Shown here in pieces: positions 52,189-64,000 of a stretch of DNA of 64,000 nt. The notes below the pieces were generated by a model. It was not told the DNA's origin, searched no databases, and saw nothing but the letters and a program-made list of their open reading frames with translations. The position numbers and the translations under genes were made by a program. The stretch is from Eledone cirrhosa (taxonomy: Eukaryota): positions 229,152,001-229,216,000 of the forward strand of contig OZ024741.1 of assembly GCA_964016885.1 (NCBI GenBank), given 5' to 3'. Every line of letters begins with the position of its first letter. The stretch's first letter is position 1.

Positions 52189-52259
52189 TATTTTATCTGA
52201 TGAAAACACAAATGTTATTGCATGATGATATTTGTTTTTGAAATGCGCATAATAAAATA
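52189..52259 (+). ncRNA. Hammerhead ribozyme (8-bp helix I, palindromic ATGCGCAT helix III, AUA site)
   Basis: tattttat-CTGATGA-[acaaatgttatt..gatgatatttgt]-GAAA-tgcgca-TA-ataaaata. Confidence 0.82.
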
Positions 52260-52382
52260 CATGGAACTCATTTAACCATCTTTTGATCTTATATATTATG
52301 TATACTCCAGTCCTACAAACTGTAGAGTCCTTCTTATCCGATATCTGCATTGCTTTATTGTACTACAATAAAACTCACCTCC

Positions 52383-52416
<34 letters not shown>

Positions 52417-52561
52417 AGTATATATATGTGTGTGTTTGTGTGTGTGTGTATGCGTGGTTTGTATATAAATAGATATATAGATATACATGTTTGACCTGCT
52501 TCAGGAACAATTCCCCACCACCTCTACCATCGTCGTCATCAAAGGACATCTAACAACCTTA

Positions 52562-55500
52562 ACACAGGCTGATATACATACACACCAGACTGATACAAAT
52601 ACACACCAGACTGATACACATACACACCAGACTGATAAACATACACACCAGACTGATACACATACACACCAGACTGATACACATACACACCAGACTGATA
52701 TACATACACACCAGACTGATACAAATACACACCAGACTGAAACACATACACACCAGACTGATACACATACACACCAGACTGATATATATACACACCAGAC
52801 TGATATACATACACACCAGACTGATACACATACACACAAGACTGATATACTCACACACCAGACTGATATACACACACACCAGACTGATATACGCATACAC
52901 ACCAGACTGATACACATACACACCAGACTGATATACATACACACCAGACTGATATACATACACACCAGACTGATACACATACACACCAGACTGATATACA
53001 TACACACCAGACTGATATACATACACACCAGACTGATATACATACACACCAGACTGATACACATACACACAAGACTGATACACATACACACCAGACTGAT
53101 ATACATACACACCAGACTGATACACATACACACCAGACTGATATACATACACACCAGACTGATACACATACACACCAGACTGATTCACATACACAACAGA
53201 CTGATACACATACACACCAGACTGATACACATACACACCAGATTGATATACATACACACCAGACTGATACACATACAGACCAGACTGATATACATACACA
53301 CCAGACTGATACACATACAGACCAGACTGATACACATACACACCAGACTGATACACATACACTCCAGACTGATATACACAAACACTAGACTGATACACAT
53401 ACAGACCAGACTGATACACATACACATCAGACTGATATACATACACACCAGACTGATACACATACACACCAGACTGATACACATACACACCAGACTGATA
53501 CACATACACTCCAGACTGATATACACAAACACTAGACTGATACACATACACACCAGACTGATACACATACACAACAGACTGATACACATACACACCAGAC
53601 TGATACACATACACACCAGACTGATACACATACACACCAGACTGATATACATACACACCAGACTGATACACATACAGACCAGACTGATATACATACACAC
53701 CAGACTGATACACATACAGACCAGACTGATACACATACACACCAGACTGATACACATACACTCCAGACTGATACATATACACACCAGGCTGATATACATA
53801 CACACCAGACTGATACATATACAGACCAGACTGATACACATACACACCAGACTGATATACATACACTCCAGACTGATATACACAAACACCAGACTGATAC
53901 ACATACAGACCAGACTGATACACATACACTCCAGACTGATATACACAAACACTAGACTGATACACATACACACCAGACTGATACACATACACAGCAGACT
54001 GATACACATACACACCAGACTGATACACATACACACCAGACTGATATACATACACACCAGACTGATACACATACAGACCAGACTGATACATATACACACC
54101 AGACTGATACACATACACTCCAGACTGATATACACAAACACTAGACTGATACACATACACACCAGACTGATACACATACACACCAGACTGATACACATGC
54201 AAACATGACTGATGCACACACACACCAGACTGATATACACACACACCAGACTGATATACGTACACACCAGACTGATACACATACACACCAGACTGATACA
54301 AATACACACAAGACTGATACACATACAGACCAGTCTGATATACATACACACCAGACAGATACACATACACAGCAGACTGATACACATACACACCAGACTG
54401 ATATACACACACATCAGACTGATACACATACACACCAGACTGATACACATACACACCAGAGTGATATACACACACACCAGACTGATACACATACACACCA
54501 GACTGATATACATACACACCAGACTGATACACGTACACACCAGACTGATACACATACACACCAGACTGACATACATACACACCAGACTGATACACATACA
54601 CACCAGACTGATATACATACACACCAGACTGATACACGTACACACCAGACTGATACACATACACACCAGACTGATACACATACACACCAGACTGATATAT
54701 ATACACACCAGACAGATACACATACACACCAGACTGATACACATACACACCAGACTGATATACACACACATCAGACTGATACACATACACACCAGACTGA
54801 TACACATACACACCAGACTGATATACACACACACCAGACTGATACACATACACACCAGACTGATATACACACACACCAGACTGATACACATACACACCAG
54901 ACTGATATATACACACACCAGACTGATACACATACACACCAGACTGATATACACACACACCAGACTGATACACATACACACCACACTGATATACACACAC
55001 ACCAGACTGATACACATACACACCAGACTGATATACACACACATCAGACTGATACACATACACACCAGACTGATACACATACACACCAGACTGATATACA
55101 TACACACCAGACAGATATACACACACACCAGACTGATTTACATACACACCAGACTGATACACATACACACCAGACTGATACACATACACACCAGACTGAT
55201 ATACATACACACCAGACTGATATACACACACACCACACTGATTTACATACACACCAGACTGATACACATACACACCAGACTGATATACATACACACCACA
55301 CTGATACACATACACACCAGACTGATATACATACACACCACACTGATACACATACACACCAGACTGATACACATACACACCAGACTGATATACACACACA
55401 CCAGACTGCTACACATACACACCACACTGATATACACACACACCAGACTGATACACATACACACCAGACTGATATACACACACATCAGACTGATACACAT

Positions 55501-58500
55501 ACACACCAGACTGATACACATACACACCAGACTGATATACATACACACCAGACAGATATACACACACACCAGACTGATTTACATACACACCAGACTGATA
55601 CACATACACACCAGACTGATACACATACACACCACACTGATACACATACACACCAGACTGATACACATACACACCAGACTGATACACATACACACCAGAC
55701 TGATACACATACACACCAGACTAATACACATACACACCAGACTGATACACATACACACCAGACTGATACACATACACACCAGACTGAAACCCATACACAC
55801 CAGACTGATACACATACACACCAGACTGATATACATACACACCAGACTGATACACATGCACACCAGACTGATACATATACACACGAGATTGATACACGTA
55901 CACACCAGACTTATATACATACACACCAGACTGATACACATACACACCAGACTGATACACATACACACCAGACTAATACACATACACACCAGACTGATAC
56001 ACATACACACCAGACTGATACACATACACACCAGACTGATATACATACACACCAGACTGATACACATACACACCAGACTAATACACATACACACCAGACT
56101 AATACACATACACACCAGACTGATACACATACACACCAGACTGATACACATACACACCAGACTAATACACATACACACCAGACTGATACACATACACACC
56201 AGACTGATATACATACACACCAGACTGATACACATACACACCAGACTGATACATATACACACGCGACTGATACACATACACACCAGACTAATACACATAC
56301 ACACCAGACCGATACACATACACACCAGACTGATACACATACACACCAGACTGAAACACATACAAACCAGACTGATACACATACACACCAGACTGATATA
56401 CATACACACCAGACTGATATACATACACACCAGACTGATATACATACACACCAGACTGATATACATACACACCAGACTTATACATATACACACGAGACTG
56501 ATACACATACACACCAGGCTGATATACATACACACCTGACTGATATACATACACACCAGACTAATACACATGCACACCAGACTGATATACATACACACCA
56601 GACTGATACACATACACACCCAACTGTTACACATATACACACGAGACTGATGTACATACACACCAGACTGATATACATACACACCAGACTGATACACATA
56701 CACACCAGACTGATACACATACACACCCAACTGTTACACATATACACACGAGACTGATACACATACACACCAGACTGATATACATACACACCAGACTGAG
56801 ATACATGCACACCAGACTAATACACATACACACCAGACTGATACACATACACACCAGACTGATACACATACACACCAGACTGATACACATACACACCAGA
56901 CTGATATACATACACACCAGACTGATACACATACACACCAGACTGATACATATACACACCAGTCTGATACAGATACACACCAGACTGATATACATACACA
57001 CCAGACTGATATACATAGACACCAGACTTATACAGATACACACCAGACTGATATACATACACACCAGACTGATAGACATACACACCAGACTGATACATAT
57101 ACACACCAGTCAGATACACATACACACCAGACTGATACACATACACACCAGACTGATATACATAGACACCAGACTTATACACATACACACCAGACTGATA
57201 CACATACACACCAGACTGATATACACACACACCAGACTGATACACATACACACCAGACTGATACAGATACACACCAGACTGATACACATACACACCAGAC
57301 TGATACACATACACAACAGACTGATATACATACACACCAGACTGATACATATACACAACAGACTGATATACATACACACCAGACTGATACACATACACAC
57401 CAGACTGATATACATACACACCAGACTGATATACATACACACCAGATTGATATACATACACACCGGACTGATACACATACACACCAGACTGTTACACATA
57501 CACACCAGACTGATATACATACACACCAGACTGATATACATACACACCAGACTGATATACATACACACCAGACTGATACACATACACACCAGACTGATAC
57601 ACATACACACCAGACTGATATACATACACACCAGACTGATACACATACACACCAGACTGATACACAAACACACCAGACTGATACACATAAACACCAGACT
57701 GATATACATACTCACCAGACTGATACACATATACACACCAGACTGATACACATACACACCAGACTGATACACATACACACCAGACTGATACACATACACA
57801 CCAGACTGATACACGTACACACCAGACTGATACACATACTCACCAGACTGATACACTTACACACCAGACTGATATACATACACACCTGACTGATATACAT
57901 ACACACCAGACTGATATACGCATACACACCAGACTGATACACATACACACCAGACTGATACACATACACACCAGACTGATATACATACACACCAGACTGA
58001 TATACATACACACCAGATGATATACATACACACCAGACTGATATACACACCCACCGGACTGATACACATACACACCAGGCTGATATACATACACACCAGA
58101 CTGATACACATACACACCAGACTGATACACATACACACCAGACTGATATACATACACACCAGACTGATACACATACACACCAGACTGATACACATACACA
58201 CCAGACTGATATACATACACACCAGACTGATATACATACACACCAGACTGATATACACACCCACCGGACTGATACACATGCACACCAGGCTGATATACAT
58301 ACACACCAGACTGATACACATACACACCAGACTGATACACATACACACCAGATTGATATACATACACACCGGACTGATACACATACACACCAGATTGATA
58401 TACAGACACACCAGACTGATACACATACACACCAGACTGATACACATACACACCAGACTGATACACATACACACCAGACTGATACACATACACACCAGAC

Positions 58501-61500
58501 TGATACACATACACACCGGACTGATACACATACACCCCAGGCTTATATACATACACACCAGACTGATACACATACACACCAGATTGATATACTTACACAC
58601 CGGACTGATACACGTACACCCCAGGCTTATATACATACACACCTAACTCATATACATACACACCAGACTGATATACGCATACAAACCAGACTGATACACA
58701 TACACACCAGACTGATACACATACACACCAGACTGATATACATACACACCAGACTGATATACACACACACCAGACTAATATACATACACATCAGACTGAT
58801 ATACATACACACCAGACTGATATACATACACACCAGACTGATACACATACACACCAGACTGATACACATACACACCAGACTGATATACATACACACCAGA
58901 CTGATACACATATACACCAGACTGATACACATATACACCAGACTGATACACATACACACCAGACTGATATACATACACACCAGACTGATTCACATACACA
59001 CCATACTGATATACATACACACCAGACTGATACACATACACACCAGACGGATATACATATACACACCAGACTGATACACATACACACCAGACTGATATAC
59101 ATACACACCAGACTGATATACATACACACCAGACTGATATACATACACACCAGACTGATATACACACCCACCGGACTGATACACATACACACCAGGCTGA
59201 TATACATACACACCAGACTGATAACCATACACACCAGATTGATATACATACACACCAGACTGATATACATACACACCAGGCTGATATACATACACACCAG
59301 ACTGATAACCATACACACCAGATTGATATACATACACACCAGGCTGATATACATACACACCAGACTGATAACCATACACACCAGATTGATATACATACCC
59401 ACCAGGCTGATATACATACACACCAGACTGATACACATACACACCAGATTGATATACATACACACCAGACTGATATACATACACACCAGATTGATATACA
59501 TACACACCGGACTGATACACGTACACCCCAGGCTTATATACATACACACCAGACTGATACACATACACACCAGACTGATACACATACACACCATACTGAT
59601 ATACATACACACCAGACTGATACACATACACACCAGACGGATATACATATACACACCAGACTGATACACATACACACCAGACTGACATACATACACACCA
59701 GACTGATATACATACACACCAGACTGATATACACATACACACCAGACTGATACACATACACACCAGATTGATATACATACACACCGGACTGATATACACA
59801 CCCACCGGACTGATACACATACACACCAGGCTGATATACATACACACCAGACTGATAACCATACACACCAGACTGATACACATACACACCAGATTGATAT
59901 ACATACACACCGGACTGATACACATACACACCAGATTGATATACATACACACCAGACTGATACATATACACACCAGACTGATATACATACACACCAGACT
60001 GATACACGTACACCCCAGGCTTATATACATACACACCAGACTGATACACATACACACCAGACTGATAGACATACACACCAGACTGATATACATACACACC
60101 AGACTGATACACATACACACCAGACTGATATACATACACACCAGACTGATACACATACACACCAGACTGATACACATACACACCAGACTGATATACATAC
60201 ACACCAGACTGATACATATACAGACCAGACTGATACACATACACACCAGACTTATATACATACACACCAGACTGATACATATACACACCAGAGTGATATA
60301 CATACACACCAGACTGATACACATACACAACAAACTGATACACATACACACCAGACTGATATATATACACACCAGACTGATACACATACACACCAGACTG
60401 ATACACATACACACCAGACTGATACACATACACACCAGGCAAATATACAAACACACCAGACTGATATACATACACACCAGACTGATATACACACACACCA
60501 GGCTGATATACATACACACCAGACTGATACACATACACACCAGACTGATACATATACACACCAGACTGATACACATACACACCAGACTGATACACATACA
60601 CACCAGACTGATACACATACACAACAAACTGATACACATACACACCAGACTGATATATATACACACCAGACTGATACACATATACACCAGACTGATACAC
60701 ATACACACCAGACTGATACACATACACACCAGACTAATAAACATACACACCAGACTGATACACATACACACCAGACTGATACACATACACACCAGACTGA
60801 TACATATACACACCAGACTGATACACATACACACCAGACTGATACACATACTCACCGGACTGATACACTTACACACCAGACTGATATACACACCCACCGG
60901 ACTGATACACATACACACCAGGCTGATATACATACACACCAAACTGATACACATACACACCAGATTGATATACATACACACCGGACTGATACACATACAC
61001 ACCAGATTGATATACATACACACCGGACTGATACACGTACACCCCAGACTTATATACATACACCAGACTGATACACATACACACCAGACTGATACACATA
61101 CACACCAGACTGATATACATACACACCAGACTGATACACATACACACCATACTGATATACATACACACCAGACTGATACACATACACACCAGACAGATAC
61201 ACATACACACCAGACTGATATACATACACACCAGACTGATACACATACAGACCAGACTGATACACATACACACCAGACTTATATACATACACACCAGACT
61301 GATACATATACACACCAGACTGATATACATACACACCAGACTGATACACATACACACCAGACTGATACACATACACACCAGACAGATATACATACACACC
61401 ACACTGATATATATACACACCAGACTGATACACATACACAACAAACTAATACACATACACACCAGACTGATATATATACACACCAGACTGATACACATAC

Positions 61501-64000
61501 ACACCAGACTGATACACATACACACCAGACTGATACACATACACACCAGACAAATATACAAACACACCAGACTGATATACATACACACCAGACTGATATA
61601 CACACACACCAGGCTGATATACATACACACCAGGCTGATACACATACACACCAGACTGATACACATACACACCAGACTGATACACATACACACCAGACTG
61701 ATACACATACACACCAGACTGATACACATACACACCAGACTGATACACATACACACCAGACTGATACAGATACACACCAGACTGATATACATATACACCA
61801 GACTGATACACATACACACAAGACTGATATACATAGACACCATACTGATACACATACACACCAGACTGATACACATACACACCAGACTGATACACATACA
61901 CACCAGAATGATACACATACACACCAGACTGATATACATACACACCAGACTGATACACATTCACACCAGAGTGATACACATACACAACAGACTGATACAC
62001 ATACACACCAGTCTGATACACATACACACCAGAATGATACACATACACACCAGACTGATACACATACACACCAGACTGATACACATACACACAAGACTGA
62101 AACACATACACACCAGACTGATACACATACACACCAGACTGATATACATACACACCAGACTGATACACATACACACCAGACTGATACACATACACACCAG
62201 ACTGATACACATACACACCAGACTGATATACATACACACCAGACTGATACACATACTCACCAGACTGATACACTTACACACCAGACTGATATACATACAC
62301 ACCAGACTGATACACATACACACCAAACTGATACACATACACACCAGACTGATACACATAAACACCAGACTGATACACATACACACAAGACTGATATACA
62401 TACACACCAGACTGATACACACACACTCCAGACTGAAGTACATACACACCAGACTGATACACATACACACCAGACTGATACACATACACACCAGACTGAT
62501 ACACATACACACCAGACTGATACACATACACACCAGACTGATACACATACACACCAGACTGATACACATACACACCAGAATGATACACATACACACCAGA
62601 CTGATACACATACACTCCAGACTGATACACATAAACACCAGACTGATACACATACACACCAGACTGATACACATACACACCAGACTAATACACATACACA
62701 CCAGCCTGATACACATACACACCAGACTGATATACATACACGCGAGACTGATATACATACACACCAGACTGATATACATACACACCAGACTGATATACAT
62801 ACACTCCAGACTGATATACATACACACGGGACTGATACACATACACACCAGACTGATACACATACACACCAGACTGATTCACATACACACCAGACTGATA
62901 CACATACACACCAGACTGATACACATACACACCAGACTGATACACATACACACCAGACTGATATACATACACAGCAGACTGATACACATACACACCAGAA
63001 TGATACACATACACACCAGACTGATATACATACACACCAGACTGATACACATACGCACCAGACTGATACACATACACACCAGACTGAGAAACATACACAC
63101 AAGACTGATATACACATACACACCAGACTGAAACACATACACACCACACTGATAAACATACACACCAGACTGATAAACATACACACAAGACTGATTGATA
63201 TACATACACACCAGACTGATACACATACACACCAGACTGATACACATACACACCAGACTGATAAACATACACACCAGACTGATATACACACACACCGACT
63301 GATACATATACACACCAGACTGATATACATACACACCAGACTGATACACATATACACCAGACTGATACAAATACACACCTGATTGATATACATACACACC
63401 AGACTGATACACATACACACCAGACTGATACACATACACACCAGACTGATACACATACACACCAGACTGATACACATACACACCAGACTGATATACATAC
63501 ACACCAGACTGATACACATACACACCAGACTGATATACATACACACCAGACTGATATACACACACACCAGACTGATACACATACACACTAGACTGACATA
63601 CATACACACCAGACTGATATACATACACACCAGACTGATACACATACACACAAGACTGATACACATACACACCAGACTGACATACATACACACCAGACTG
63701 ATACACATACACACCAGACTGATACACATACACACCAGACTGATAAACATACACACCAAACTGATATACACACACACCAGACTGATACATATACACACCA
63801 GACTGATATACATACACACCAGACTGATACACATATACACCAGACTGATACAAATAAACACCTGATTGATATACATATACACCAGACTGATACACATACA
63901 CACCAGACTGATACACATACACACCAGACTGATACACATACACACCAGACTGATACACATACACACCAGACTGATATACACACACACCAGACTGATACAC
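52562..64000. repeat. 21-bp minisatellite (CACACCAGACTGATAYACATA)n, >11 kb, runs off the window
   Basis: Direct reading; about 540 units by length; HTHQTD(T/I) and HTRLI(H/Y)I pseudo-ORFs. Confidence 0.98.

Larger units (their letters stand above)
51967..52380 (+). mobile_element. Spacer-less ~322-bp palindrome (centre 52127/8) of a pLTR plus 3' tail, in (TA)n
   Basis: Arms 51967-52127 / 52128-52288 with only a few mismatches. Confidence 0.9.

Noticed and set aside
52487-64000. ORFs up to 1204 aa; superficially CRISPR-like regular repeat
   Set aside because: Contiguous 21-bp units with no unique spacers; open frames follow trivially from a stop-free unit

Overview
AT-rich, microsatellite-dense eukaryotic DNA with no recognisable host gene. 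The repeat content (tRNA-derived SINEs, RTE/Dong/Tx1 LINEs, many Penelope fragments in (TA)n) looks like a cephalopod, probably octopus; this is an inference. Bases 1-52.5 kb are a mosaic of decayed mobile elements: four Penelope-like elements with GIY-YIG remnants (two also retaining RT), a decayed Helitron with an intact 3' hairpin-CTAG end, two RTE LINEs, a Dong/R4-like LINE, a second restriction-like-endonuclease LINE, a Tx1/L1 LINE, SINEs and MITEs. The last 11.4 kb is a 21-bp minisatellite. The most striking hidden signal is about 19 type-I hammerhead ribozyme motifs, read by eye, from roughly a dozen unrelated sequence families. Most sit in short non-coding, (TA)n-embedded, often snap-back (inverted) elements. 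They include U3-A8 core variants, versions with a 90-100 nt helix II insert, and palindromic helix III (dimer-type) forms. Nearly all ORFs in the supplied track are microsatellite artefacts.
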